The notes beneath the pieces were generated by a model. The model was not told where the DNA came from. It saw only the letters and a program-made list of their open reading frames with translations, and did not search any database. This document shows positions 31,285 through 45,744 of a stretch of DNA of 64,000 bases, piece by piece. Source of the DNA: Eledone cirrhosa (taxonomy: Eukaryota); contig OZ024744.1 of NCBI GenBank assembly GCA_964016885.1, positions 108,252,001 to 108,316,000 of the forward strand, given 5' to 3'. How positions within the stretch are numbered: the first letter of the stretch is position 1; each line of letters begins with the position of its first letter. The translations under genes and the position numbers were made by a program.

Positions 31285-31436
31285 AATAATTTTTCTGCTT
31301 TTGGCACGGAGCCAGGGATCGTTCAGTGCATTACTGGTACTCTCTTTTGTTGAATACGTGGGGATGAAAGGCAAGGTTGACCTTGGAGGGATTTGAGCTC
31401 AGAGCGTGGAGGGCCATAGCTCTATGCTGTAAAGCA
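31285..31436 (-). mobile_element. Diverged SINE (19646 family)
   Basis: CAGTGCATTACTGGTAC..GGATGAAAGGCAAGGTTGACC. Confidence 0.7.
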
Positions 31437-31537
31437 ATTATAATAATACTGAACAGTAACACGAACGGCTTCAACTATACAAACTCTTGAAAGTCAACAG
31501 TTGACATAATCTTGTAATCTTGTATCAGTAATGACGG

Positions 31538-31569
<32 letters not shown>

Positions 31570-31571
<2 letters not shown>

Positions 31572-32019
31572 TAGCAGAGGCACCCGGCGTTGCTCGGGTA
31601 TTAAATAGCAGTTATGTATACCATTTATGTCAATACTTCAGTGCTGCTTCGAAAACTATACTTTTACAAAATCATCGGCTTTTTCCAAAAGGGGGTTCCT
31701 GCCCCCAGGGGTCCCCTACCCAATATGTGCCACTTCTGAGAGTTCACATTCATCTGTAGGACAAACGTAGCCCATGTGTCAAGTTTTGTGAAAATCGGTT
31801 GCGAACTCCAGAAGTTATGACGTTTTGTTGCATTGCCCTGCAGTGCTTCAGTCGACTCCAAGGAAGTGGTTAAAGTGGTTAAAGGGGTTATCTGCCGGGG
31901 CGCCCTATAATCAATATCTGGAAAAATGACAGTGCCCATGACCATCATAAGTAACCTATGTCTTAAGTTTGGTGAAAATACTGTAGAAATGCATAAGGTT
32001 TATACATACGCGCGTGCGT

Positions 32020-32020
<1 letters not shown>
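31570..32020 (+). mobile_element. Possible non-autonomous Helitron/Helentron-like element
   Basis: Starts CTAGCAG..CCCGGCGTTGCTCGGG (short hairpin) next to (TA)n; internal AAGTTTTGTGAAAATCGG motifs; microsatellite at the far end. Resemblance is from memory only. Confidence 0.35.
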
Positions 32021-32097
<77 letters not shown>

Positions 32098-32483
32098 TTG
32101 TGTGTGCGTATGTATGTGTATGTCCGTCGGGGCATACGTATGTACTGGCCTAAATCTTCACTATTTACTTTTACTATTTTAATAACCTCTGTCATTTTCG
32201 TTTTCAATTTTATTTACATCATTCTTAAACTCCAGGGCTGGAAATCATTCTGTTATTTTAAATAGAATATTAGTCTAACGACTCCATTTATACCATAAAC
32301 TTGGTCTTGTCTTTGCATGAAATTATGAAATTGTTGTTCCCGCTCCACATAACGATGTATTATCCTCGCTTTTTTTCCGTTCATTGCCAGGGAACGTCTT
32401 CATGAACCAAAATATCGTCTTCCTGTTTTCGTTCGGTTGCAACGATTCTCGAAATATGTACAAGACCACCATTACTGCATCTC

Positions 32484-34470
32484 GAGAGATGCAGTAATGG
32501 TGGTCATGTAATAGGGAAAGGGTAACAGTAATGATTGTGGGAACTACAGAGGTATATCATTGCTTTCTGTCGTAGGGAAAGTTTTATGTAGGGTGCTTCT
32601 GGATCGTCTGCTGACACACATTGCAGATTGTGTTCTTCCTGAAAGTCAATTTGGCTTTCGTGCTGGACGCGGCACTACTGATATGATCTTCTCAGCTAGA
32701 CAGCTCCAGGAGAAGTGCATGGAACACGGTTTGGATCTGTATCAGGTTTTTGTCGATCTGACAAAAGCTTTCGATACAGTTAACAGAAATGCATTATGGA
32801 AGGTTCTCCAGAAACTTGGTTGCCCTGATAAGTTCCTTGCTTTAGTTAGTCTTTCCATGACGACATGAAGGCTTGGGTTAATGTCGGAGGTAACTTGTCG
32901 GAACCTATCTCAGTAAAAAATGGAGTGAAACAGGGGGATATTCCAGCACCGACCCTGTTTGCCATATACTTTGCAATGGTTTTCTATATTGCATTCAGGA
33001 ATTGCGAGTATGGTGGTTACATCCGATATCGAACCTCAGGCAGCATATTTAACATCAGACGCTTTGCTGCAAAAACAAAAGTATTTACATCAATCATAAG
33101 AGACCTCTTGTATGCAGATAATTGCGATCTTGTAGCGCACACAGAGAGTGATATGCAGCACATTTTGAATGCATTTTCTGACGCTTGCACTGCACTAAGA
33201 TTGACTGTCAGTCTCAAGAAAACCGTCGTCATGTACCAACCTGCCCCTAGTAAGCAGTACACTGAACCAAATATCTATGTTTAAGGTAAACGACTTGGAG
33301 TGGTTGATCAGTTTGTCTTCCTGGGAAGCACTGTCAATCGATACAGCAACCTTGACAGTGAAATCTCACTTAGGATTAGGAAAGCAAGTGATGCTTTCGG
33401 AAAGCTAGAAAGGCGACTCTGGAGTCGGCGAGACATATGGAAGAAGACAAAGGTAAGGGTGTACAAGGCATGTGTGCTCTATTCTCTTGTTTATGCCTCC
33501 GAGATCTGGGTCACATATCGACACCACCTTAAGCAATTGGAGCGTTTCCATCAGATGTGTCTCAGACGGATCCATGGCGTTCATTGGAGGGACCACATCA
33601 GTGATGTCGAGATTTTGGAAAGCTCTTTGTGTGACAGTATAGAAGCTCTTGTGCTTAAGCAACGACTCCGTTGGAGTGGTCACCTTGCCAGGATAAAGGA
33701 TTCTAGAATACCAAAACAACTCTTTTATGGAGAGTTAGTTAAAGGAAAACGACCGCCACATAAACCAAAAAAGAGGTATAAGGATTCCTTGAAAGCCTCT
33801 TTGAAAGACGCTAACATCTCTGCTGATACATGGGGAAATATTGCTGCTGGTCGTAATAAATGGAGAAAGACTGTATATGAGGGAAAAGTTGCCTTTGAGG
33901 CATCTCGAATCGCATACAAGAAAGTAAAGCGGGATGTGAGGAAGGCATTGCTGTTGCACTTCCAGACGGCGAGGGTCCTCCTATGGTGCTGACATGCAGC
34001 ATCTGTGCGAGACTCTGCCTAAGCAAAGCTGGACTCGAAAGTCATCTTCGCAATCATAAAGTAAGACCAGTGGTTGACTACCAGACTGCTGTTGGAGATG
34101 CTACTCATCATGCTTGCCAAACATGTGGTAGAGAATGTAAATCAGCAGGAGGGCTCAAGCGACATGCAAAAGTACACGAACTCCAACCACAGCCGACTAT
34201 TCCCAGTGAATGTTTTGGTTGCCGACTATGTGCAAGACATTTTAGATCATTGGCTGGGCTAAAAAGCCACATTCGATCGCAGCGCTGTTAATTGCTATCG
34301 TGTGTGTGTGTAGATAAGTTTATGTATGTGCGCGTGTGTGTATGTATATATATGTATATTATTATTGTTGTTGTTGTTGTCGTTATTATTGTTGTTATTA
34401 TTATTGTTATTATTATGGGGTTTTATCTCGTGCAATGGCCATACTCGACAACGAGGGGGCAGCCATCATG
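32484..34470 (+). mobile_element. RTE-clade LINE, 5'-truncated, with three C-terminal C2H2 fingers
   Basis: LPESQFGFRAGRGTTDMIF, FVDLTKAFDTV, GVKQG, LYADN, LRWSGH, CSIC..H..H, CQTC..H..H, CRLC..H. Confidence 0.92.
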
Positions 34471-34477
34471 TGTGTTT

Positions 34478-37400
34478 GTTATCTTTTTCTCTTAATTTCG
34501 AGTAAATTTTTTTGACTGGCCATCTTCCTGGTGGCAAGGTTGTAAAAGAAAAGAAATTGTCATCCTTTGAATCACAAGAATGTTTTGCAAATTTTGAAGG
34601 TGCCAGCTATCGCAGCCATTTGCAGACTATGAATTAGGGAGCTGCGCTTTTTGTCCGCAAATCCAAGTTCAGCCATACTTTGGTCCAACGCGTAGCACCA
34701 ATAATGATGGGTATGAAGCTAAAGGTGTATGTTGGATACTGGATTTGTAAACTCCTCATCAATGGTCCGTAGATGTCCTTCTTCTCCTGTATTTTTCTGA
34801 CAACGTTTACATCAAGTGGGCAGCTGATCTTCACAACAGAACACGTTTTCAATGTGTGGTCCCAAACTACAATATCAGTCCGGTTGTGCTTTAATTTGGT
34901 GGCAGTTTTTATTTTCAGGTTCCACCAGTATTCCTTAGTGCCATCTGTCTCAATATCTTCCTCGTTTGTTTTGTTGTTAATTTTGTTTTCCGAAGTGCGT
35001 TCCAGATGGTTCTAGCTATCCCATCGTGTCTCATGGGGAGGTAGTAGCGAGGTGACATTCTTTCGCAGCTGGTAACAATGTGGCTTACATCCTCGATCTT
35101 TGTTTTAGATAGCCTACATTTATTGTCAGCTGCTGGACCTCCTCTTTTGTGCAGCAGACATTTGGTAGGGAGTTCTTGTTCCTGTATTGCATAGAGATAA
35201 CCCTCAAGGTGTGATCTCATAAACTTGTCGGAACTCCATGTCAGGCTTTTTGAGTGGTTTATCCCCTCTATGGTCTGTGTTTTACGTCTCAAGTATCCAT
35301 GCACAAGTATCCATATCAGGCTTTATTCCATATCTCTCCTCCAGATCAGTGGCTATTCTAATGATATTTTTTTCTTCATGCTCATAAACCTGGGCAAGAT
35401 GGTTGCCAACCTTTTTCCTCTGTTGTAGATGTTGCTTCAGTGTCTCATATGATGTTAATATGGATTTTAGACCTCGGCCACCTTCCTTGCGTGAGAAGTA
35501 TAGCCTATCCACATCACTATTGATGTTAAAGTTCCCTGTAACACTGAGAAGTTTGCGAGTTCTAACATCCATCTCACTTAGTTCTTGCAATGACCAGTAC
35601 AGCAGGCCAAATGTTGGCGTTAGAATTGGCACAGCATAAGTATTGTGGGCAATGTATTTGTTGTACGCTGACAGTTCTGATGACCATATTTTCTTTACTC
35701 TTCTGAGGTATTCAGTTCTGGTTCTCTCCTTATTTATGGGTCCATCATATCTGACATTCTCATCCTGTCCAAGATATCTGTAGCTGTCACCTGACTGTAG
35801 AGGTTGTATTGTCAGGCCGTTCATTTCATGTCTGTTGAAAATTGTGTAATGAGGTCCACTTGTTTCTTGATGTCATTGATATTTGGCCCATACAACTTCA
35901 GGTCATCAACAAAGAAAAGATGGGAGATACTTCTGGACCCACTTCTTTGTCCACCTTGTTTCCTGAGTAGGTAAGATAGTGGATTTAGTGAGAGAACGAA
36001 GAGTAGCACTGACAAGCTATCACCCTGAAAGATGCCCTGCCCTTCTGGTAGTGTATCTTATCAGTCTTAACTTGCTCCTTCTCACCTCTAAGGATCAAAT
36101 TGGTGTACCAGTTCTTGGTCAGACGTTCAACAGAAGCTACCAGTGGTTGTGGGACTTTGGCTAACTGTAAAGCCTTAACAATCCACCCATGAGGTACACT
36201 ATCAAATGCTTTTTGATAGTCCAGCCACACCACAGTCATGTCTTTGCGATTCTTTGTTGTTTTTTCCTGAATCATTTTGTTAGTTAGTAGGTGATCTATG
36301 CAACCCCACACCTCCCTCTTTCCACCAGCCTGCTCAGGTGTTATGATGTTGTTGGTAGCACAGTGATCCTGTAAGAACAGGTTAAGGTATCCAGTATATA
36401 ATTTATACATGATGTTTTGGCAGGCTATTGGGCGGTAATTTTTAACAAGGGTGGTTTGGCTATTTTGGGTAATGAGGAGAGTAGTGGCAGTTGATAACCA
36501 TCTGGGCAGTTCTTGTGTGCCTTTAATGGTTTCTGTAAACAGCCGTATGGGATCTTGCCGATATAAAGTGAAATTCTTCAACCAGTATCCTGTAATGAGG
36601 TCTGGGCCTGGTGATTTCCTATTCGACATTTTCTGTAGAGCTGTTTCCAGTATTGACCCATCTATGTCATATTGTTTTGTCTGGACATGTTGGCAGTAGT
36701 CCTGTTCCAGTTATTTTAGCCAATTAGTTTGTCTGTTGAATCCGTCATCCGTTTCCCATACAGATCTCCAGTAGCTCTCAACCTGTTCTTTTGAAGGGGT
36801 GTCATTTACAGAGATTGAGCATTTGCCACCGAAGCTGCGATAAACTGATTTAGGATCTCTGGCAAACAATCTATTTAGCACTTGTCGTTTATGTGCTGTT
36901 GACTTATATTTTAGTCTTTCTATTGTAGCTGTGAGTTGTTGTTTCAACTGGTGTAATTTGGAGTGCAAAGTTTTAAATTTTGTATCTCCAAATCGTCTCT
37001 CTAACCTTTATTTTAGTTCTTCTTGGTGTCATGTGAAGTTGCTCTCTATGTTGCATTTCATAACGACTGTGATGTGTGAGATACTTCGTCTCAGGGACAA
37101 AATTTTGCTTTTTAAATTTCGCATCCACGCTGGTTCAGGCTTTTTGTTTGTATCTTGATTGCGTGGTTTTAGATGTTTGTTATATGATAGCAATGTGACA
37201 GCTGAAATATATAACAAAATGTTAAGCGTTTCAAATGTCGTTTCTACACCTTTAGATAGTGGATAGCCTTCAGATAATTGTCAGCTATTTCGTTCACCGC
37301 TTCCAATTCCAATTTAGTGGGTTCTTTACTGATTCTGGTGTTGTATGGTCTGTCACTCACATTAAGGCTGTGTATCTCTTGAAACATATTATCCCATATC

Positions 37401-37533
37401 ACTTGTAAGGTGTCCACAAGTTTTTGGTGTTCTGTTTGTACAGTAGAGTCATGAATTTCAGCCTCGTTGTTGATGTGGTGACAATTACTACTAGAGTTAG
37501 CTGACCATTCTCGCTGTTCTTCAGCGGAAGTGG
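34478..37533 (-). mobile_element. R4/Dong-type LINE family B, degraded, 5' end abuts (TACA)n
   Basis: [49 protein letters not shown] region. Confidence 0.9.
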
Positions 37534-37607
37534 GATGTATGTATGTATGTATGTATGTATGTATGTATGTATGTATGTATGTATGTATGTATGTATGTAT
37601 GTATGTA

Positions 37608-38020
37608 TGTCTGGGAGAGATGACCTCTTAGCCTTTGTCAAGGCAGAATTCTAGGAGAAGGAAAACTCTGATATAACACCTGCAACTCTGATGGTATCTA
37701 ATGATGTTGACTTGTTCTTCTTTTTGGTAAATATCATCTTGGTTAAGAGAGTGGGACTGGCTTTGTGCAGTGCCTTTGCTCACTATAAAAGCTTCACGGC
37801 ACAGGCATTGCTTTATATCTGGAGATCTCTCTGCACTTGTCGTCACATGGTACCATGGGCCTAGCACTATGTGTCAATAATTGTCACAAGTGTAGTGTTT
37901 GTACCAGAGTTTTCAAGTCGCTGGCTGGACTAGTCACATTCGTTCAGCGCATCGGTAGGGGTTCTCCTACATGGATATAAAGTAGTGGCCGTACTCGAAA
38001 ACGAGTTGGCAGCCACCATG
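37608..38020 (+). mobile_element. RTE-derived non-autonomous element, 5'-truncated, in (TATG)n
   Basis: Matches 60768-61180. Confidence 0.85.
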
Positions 38021-38109
38021 TATGTATGTATGTATGTATGTATGTATGTATGTATGTATGTATGTATGTATGTATGTATGTATGTATGTATGTATGTGTG
38101 TATGTATGT

Positions 38110-38960
38110 GTTTCTCTTTCTCTTAATTTCAAGTCCATTTTTGACTGGCCACCTTCCTGGTGGCAAGGTTGTAAAAGAAAAGAAATTGTCATCCCTTGAA
38201 TCGCAAGAATGTTTTGCAAATTTTGAAGGTGCCAGCTATCGCAGCCATTTGCAGACTATGAATTAGGGAGCTGCGCTTTTTGTCCGCAAATCCAAGTTCA
38301 GTCATACTTTGGTCCAAGCGGGTTGGTATATAACCCGTAGCACCAATAATGATGGGTATGAAGATAAAGGTGTATCTTGGATACTGGATTTGTAAACTCC
38401 TCATCAATTGTCCGTAGATGTCCTCCTTCTCCTGTATTTTTCTGACAACGTTTACATCAAGTGGGCAGCTGATCTCCACAACAGAACACGTTTTCAATGT
38501 GTGGTCCCAAACTACAATATCAGTCCGGTTGTGTTTTAATTTGGTGGCAGTTTTTATTTTCAGGCTCCACTAATATTCCTTAGTGCCATCTGTCTCAATA
38601 TATTCTTCCTCGTTTGTTGTTAATTTTGTTTTCCGAAGTGCGTTCCAGATAGTTCTGGCTATCCCATCGTGTCTCATGGGGAGGTAGTAGCGAGACGACA
38701 TTCTTTCGCAGTTGGCAACAATGTGGTGAACATCTTCGATCTTTGTTTTACATAGCCTACATTTATTGTCGACTGATGGCCCTCCTCTTTTGTGTAGCAG
38801 ATGTTTGGTAGGGATCCTTCAAGATATCCTTCAAGGTGCGATGCCATAAACTTGTTAGAACTCCATGCCAGGCTTTTTGACTGATTTATCCCCTCTATGG
38901 TCTGTATTTTTCGTCTTAGGTACCCATGCACAACTTTCTCGGTAAATTGGTCCATTTTTA
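38110..38960 (-). mobile_element. Dong family B 3' fragment between (TACA)n tracts
   Basis: Matches 34478-35305; VEISCPLDVN..KEDIY RLE motif. Confidence 0.85.
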
Positions 38961-39393
38961 AATATGTATATGTATGTATGTATGTGGATGTAAGTGTTGG
39001 CAAGTGGTTAAACGTAAGAAGTTTGCTTCGCAATCATGAAATCTCAAGCTCGATCAAACTACGTTTTATCTTCGGCATGGCCTTGAGTCAACTCAAGCTT
39101 TCTGTGTAAGGTGGATATGTGAAACCCGTCTGTTGGACAGTACATGTAAATCAAAAGGCCACCTTTCACACACTGCATCACGTTCATCCAACCAGAGAAT
39201 TACATTAAATGTACACGTGCCTGTGGAGTGCTCAGCCTTTAGTCCTCTTAACCTAAAAAAATAAGCGTATCCGCTGCAACTGGAGACGTCGTAGCAGGTT
39301 TGCACTTTCAATCCCATAACCCCTCATGAAACCGAAATAAACTTGGGCCTGATGTGCCTCAAATGTCACGACTAACTGCATTCTATCATTTAC

Positions 39394-39844
39394 CATAGTC
39401 TCGGAGTGATCTTAGCGCAGGTCAGGAGATATAAACTGTTTGGAAACTCATCTGTTAGTCTGTACCTGTATTAGAAAGATGACGAACATGTTTTGCAGGT
39501 AGCATGTTTCTTGTAGTAACAGAGTGTGTAAAATACCGATGTACCATTTATAGCAGCATATGTAACAATGGTTGTGCCATGTAACAATAACGTACGTAAA
39601 AAGGTGTGATCAACACTACTAGCCGGTTAGGTATACCTGACGATATCATCATGCTAATGTTGATTGGATGAGAAAAATTAATCAAAATTAATTCCATTGT
39701 GGAATATATCGGAAAGTACGAGTACTTTTCGGCAGCACATCACGCATGTAGTAGTTTTTTTTCTCTGTGGATAGGGATTCATTACATTTGAATAAAGCGT
39801 AACTGACTTTGATCCGTGTTGAATAAGATCCTTAGCAGCCAAAT
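39394..39844 (-). other. Candidate host exons (39726-39844, 39637-39653, 39394-39465)
   Basis: AG/GT-bounded, phase-compatible and stop-free in non-repetitive DNA; no homology recognised. Confidence 0.3.
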
Positions 39845-40392
39845 CTTTAAAAAATTGAAAGGAAAATATATTACATAAATTTGGAAAACGCAGGTTAAGA
39901 TAAAATCGAATAAAATCAACAGACAATACTTTTACTAAGCGAAATAGAAAGGAAAGAGGCCAATATAAAAATACAAAGGGGAGGGGGTTTAGATAATCAA
40001 AAACTATGACATAAATATTAAATAAATAAAAAACATGTTTGAATTAAATGAAAGGCTTAAGTAAATCATATCAACGAAGTTATGCTGGATACGTCTGCAG
40101 GAGTAGTTTGAAGGCTTCTTTATGGCAAAACATTTCACATTTACACACTAACACTACCCTTGTCATATTTACAACAGCACACTAGCGACACTAGCGACTA
40201 CTAGATGTATTTTCTACTATATCGATGCTGCACTGCTTTTGTGTATATTGTATATTAGATATTTATCTTATTACGCCTACACCACCACCCACCCCACGCA
40301 CACACAAACATATATATATATATATATACACACATATATATATATCATTTGTACTGTCTCTCTGTTTTTTGTTCTCTGTTCATTTATTCAAC

Positions 40393-40474
<82 letters not shown>

Positions 40475-40561
40475 ATAGAAATTGTTGTAGTGAGAAGCTA
40501 ACAGTATTCCATAACATATATATATATATATAACATATAGATATATATTCCATAACATATC

Positions 40562-40603
<42 letters not shown>

Positions 40604-40813
40604 ATTTGGTTGTTTATTCTTCTACTATAATTTATATATATATACATATATATGTGTGTGTATGTATGTATATGTATATATGTGTGTGTTTGTATGTATG
40701 TGTATATACGCGTGTATGTATGCGTATATATATATATACGCATACATACACAAGTATATACATATACATACACACACACACACACATACACACACACACA
40801 TACACACGTATAC

Positions 40814-40898
<85 letters not shown>

Positions 40899-40935
40899 CA
40901 CATTTGTGTGTCTATACATACATACATACATACAT

Positions 40936-41017
40936 GATGATGGCTGCCCCCTCGTTATCGAGTATGGCCATTGCACGAGGAGAAAAAAAATATTAATAAT
41001 TAAATAAAAAAAAAAAG

Positions 41018-41071
<54 letters not shown>

Positions 41072-44000
41072 ATATGTACACACACACATATACATTAATA
41101 ACAATAATAATAATAATAATAACAACAATAATAATAACGACAACAACAACAATAATAATATACATATACATATATATATATACACACACATGCACACACA
41201 TAAACATACCTATACACACACACACACACACACGATAGCAACTAACAGCGCTGCGATCGAATGTGGCTTTTTAGCCCAGCCAATGATCTAAAATGTCTTG
41301 CACAGAGTCGGCAACCAAAACATTCTCCGGGAATAGCCGGCTGTGGTTGGAGTTCATGTACTTTTGCATGTCGCTTGAGCCCTCCTGCTGATTTACATTC
41401 TCTACCACATGTTTGGCAAGCAAGATGAGTAGCATCTCCAACAGCAGTCTGGTAGTCAACCACTGGTCTTACTTTATGACTGCGAAGATGACTTTCGAGT
41501 CCAGCTTTGCTTAGGCAGAGTCTCGCACAGACGCTGCATGTCAGCACCATAGGAGGACCCTCGCCGTCTGGAAGTGCAACAGCAATGCCCTTCCTCACAT
41601 CCCGCTTTACTTTCTCGATTGCGATTAGAGATGCCTCAAAGGCAACTTTTCCTTCATATACAGTCTTTCTCCATTTATTACGATCAGCAGCAATATTTTC
41701 CCATGTATCAGCAGAGATATTAGCGTCTTTCAAAGAGGCTTTCAAGGAATCCTTATACCTCTTTTTTGGTTTATGTGGCAGTAGTTTTGCTGTAACCAAT
41801 TCTCCATAAGAGTTGTTTTGGTATTCTAGAATCCTTTATCCTGGCAAGGTGACCACTCCAACGGAATCGTTGCTTAAGAGCTTCTATACTGTCACACATA
41901 GAGCTTTCCAAAATCACGACATCACTGATGTGGTCCCTCCAATGAACGCCATGGATCCGTCTGAGACACATCTGATGGAAACGCTCCAATTGCTTAAGGT
42001 CTCGCAGGCATAAAGAAGACAAGAGAGCACACATGCCTTGTACACCTTTACCTTTGTCTTCTTCCATATGTCTCGCCGACCCCATAGTCGCCTTTCTAGC
42101 TTTCCGAAAGCATCACTTGCTTTCCTAATCCTAAGTGAGATGTCAGTGTCAAGGTTGCTGTATCGATTGACAGTGCTTCCCAGGTAGACAAGCTGATCAA
42201 CCACTCATAGTCGTTTACCATACACATAGATATTTGGTTCACTGTACTGCTTACCAGGGGCAGGTTGGTAGATGACGACGGTTTTCTTGAGACTGACAGT
42301 CAATCCTAGGGCAGTGCAAGCGTCAGAAAATGCATTCAAAATGTGCTGCATATCAATCTCTGTGTGCGCTACAAGATCGCAATCATCTGCATACAAGAGG
42401 TCTCTTATGATTGATGTAAATACTTTTGTCTTCGCAGCAAAGCGCCTGATGTTAAATATGCTGCCTGAGGTTCGATATCGGATGTAAACACCATGCTCGC
42501 AATTCCTGAATGCAATACAGAAAACCATTGCAAAGTATATGGCAAACAGGGTCGGTGCTGGAATATCCCCCTGTTTCACTCCATTTTTTACTGAGATAGG
42601 TTCCGACATGTTACCTCCGACATTAACCCAAGCCTTCATGTCGTCATGGAAAGACCTAACTAAAGCAAGGAACTTTTCAGGGCAACCAAGTTTCTGGAGA
42701 ACCTTCTATAATGCATCTCTGTTAACAGTATCGAAAGCTTTTGTCAGATCGAAAAAAACCTGATACAGATCCAAACCTTGTTCCATGCACTTCTCCTGGA
42801 GCTGTCTAGCTGAGAAGATCATATCAGTAGTGCCGCGTCCAGCACGAAAACCAGATTGACTTTCAGGAAGAACACAATCTGCAATGTGTGTCAGCAGACG
42901 GTCCAGAAGCACCCTACATAAAACTTTCCCTACGACAGAAAGCAATGATATACATCTGTAGTTCCCACAATCATTCCTGTTACCCTTTCCCTTGTGCAAA
43001 ACCACCATTACTGCATCTCTCCAGTCCTCAGGTACAGATTCATTAGCCCACATCCTACCAAATAAAAGAGTGAAGATATTGCAGGAGTCTCTCACCACCA
43101 TATTGTAGGAGCTCAGCATGTATGCCATCCATACCTGGAGACCTTCCACTGTTCATCTTCGAAATAGCCACTGCCAACCTCCACAAGCGTCGGAGGTTCT
43201 GCGAGAGCTACTTTCACAGGACTTTCTGGAATGAGATTGAGGAAATCTTCGCTGACGACATACGGCTGATTCAAAAGATCATCAAAGTGCCCTCGCCACC
43301 TTCGTAGAATTCTTTGTGAGTCACGAAGAAGTTCTTTGCCATCCTTGCTGCGAAGCGGTGTCACCAGAGAAGAAGACGGTCCATAAACCTCACGCAAGAG
43401 ACTGTACAACAGCTTTGTGTTATTGGAATCTGACGCAGTTTGTATCTCATCAGCCTTCTCACTCCACCACTGATCCTTCATCTGAGAAAGACTCCGCCTA
43501 ACACGTGATTTTACATCCCTGAGTTCTTCGTGCAACGTATTCCTCTCCTGTGGTTTTGCCGTCAAGTAGCGTGACAGAGCACGCCTCTTATCAGCCAACA
43601 AGTCTTCTATATGTACATCATTCTCATTAAACCAGTCCTGATGTTTCCTCTGCACCAATCCCAGAACACGCCTGCCTACATCATAAACCGACTTTTTAAG
43701 GGTCGGCCAATCCTCACCAAAATCTGCAGCCTGCATCTCTTCTTCCAATGTGCTCTTCACATTTTTATCCTTAAGACGAGCAACATTCAATCTTTTGGGT
43801 AGGGCAACACCAGGAGCCCGGATTTTACGTTTAGTGATTAGATTCACTTTTGCGCGTACCAGGTGGTGGTCCGTCCAGCACTCAGACCCACGAAGAACAC
43901 GAACGCACTGCATATCCTGTCTGTCACGTATCCTGACTAGGACGTAGTCCAAAAGATGCCATTCCTTAGATACAGGATGCATCCATGTGGTCTTGAATTT

Positions 44001-45116
44001 GCTCTTTTGTTGGAACATGGTGTTGGTAACACACAGATCCAGCTCCTCACACATCTGCAGCAGGAGCTTACCATTGTTGTTACACTTTCCCACCCCATGC
44101 TTTCCAATTACATTCCATGTGTTAAAATCCCTACCCACTCTAGCATTAAAGTCACCAAGCACGATGACTTTGTCTGCCTGAGGGATATTTCTTAAAACAT
44201 CTTTCAAGGCATGGTAAAAGGACACTTTTTCTTCATCGACAGAATTCATAGTTGGAGCATACACACTCACCAGGGTCGCATATCTTCTTTTGTCCAGCGG
44301 AATTCTCATGGACATAAGACGCTCACTAATCCCTACTGGGAATTCTTCTAATTTATTCACAAGAACAGTCTTAACCACAAATGCTACCCCAGCCTCTCTT
44401 TTGGTTCCTTCATCTCTTCCTTTCCAGAAGAATGTATATTCTCCACAAAATTCTGTAAGATGACCATCTCCAGCCAACCTCGTCTCAGATAAAGCCACGA
44501 TGTCAGGATCGTAACGTCGAAACTCCTTTGCAACAAGAGCGGTCCTTCGTTCAGGACGCTCCAAGGAATCCCTGTCAAGCAGCGTCCGTACGTTCCAGCA
44601 GCCAAGACTAAATGCCTTGTTTGGCTCTATTATAATGGCACGATGACGAGCGGGCCCAGGCTGTGATAACCTGGGGCCCCTGCCCTTATTGCCAATTATC
44701 TTTTTTGTTCCAGAACCTAAATTGCCAATTATCTCTTTTATATTGTTCTGGAGCATCATTGAATTGGGGGAAAAAAAAAAAATGTAACAATAATAGTAAC
44801 AATAATAATAATAATAATAATAGTACACTATTAATAATTATTAATGCACTCGTGCAATGCTTGTGCGTGACGAATATTTTTAAAGTGAGGAAAGACTGTG
44901 CACTGAGCCAATCCCACTCTCTGAGCGACAGTAGCTATAACCCGAAAAGAAGAAAAGATCAACATCATCGGTAACTACTGAGCCGCAGATTTTATGTCGG
45001 AGTTAACCCAGTTTCCTGAGATACCTTCTCCTAGAAGAATGCCCCGACAAGGGCTAGGGGTTCTTCACTCCCAGTGGTTTAACTGCGCGATCGGGCATCC
45101 AGCCCGATTATTTCTA
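40936..45116 (-). mobile_element. Near full-length RTE LINE (APE-RT-C2H2 x3), frameshifted
   Basis: GCWNVRTL, LSETR, VYAPT, LGDFNARVG, LDYVL, TDH, YADD; 5' UTR 44850-45116. Confidence 0.93.
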
Positions 45117-45240
45117 TGTCCCCGCGCAAAAAAATAAACTCACTTATTGACACTTATACGTACGACAAACACACACGCGCATACATATGCGCGCACACAG
45201 CAACACTCATACATACAAGCAACCACACACGCTACTCACT

Positions 45241-45283
<43 letters not shown>

Positions 45284-45384
45284 CCGTCATTACTGATACA
45301 AGATTACAAGATTATGTCAACTGTTGACTTTCAAGAGTTTGTATAGTTGAAGCCGATCGTATTACAGTCCAGGATTATTATAAT

Positions 45385-45535
45385 TGCTTTACAGCATAGA
45401 GTCACGGCCCTCCACGCTCTGAGCTTAAATCCCGCCGAGGCCAACCTTGCCTTTCATCCCCACGGAGTCAACAAAAGAGAGTACCAGTAATGCACTGATT
45501 TAGTCGCTGGATCCGTGCCAAAAGCAGAAAAATGA
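45385..45535 (+). mobile_element. Diverged SINE, paralog of 31285-31436
   Basis: Reverse-complement match that extends into both flanks. Confidence 0.7.
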
Positions 45536-45744
45536 TTATTAAAGTTGTTTTCTTAAGGCCCGGTCGCTGGTGATGGTGATGGCGGCGATGGTGGTGGTGG
45601 TGGTGGTGGCAGTTGATAAAAACGTCTACACTTTCTCCCCACCATCACATTTATATTTACACATGTCATTACCCTATCTAGACTAAAGTCATCGACCTGT
45701 AGTCAAACTCTCTACTCTGTGTTGAATGTGTATATATATATATA

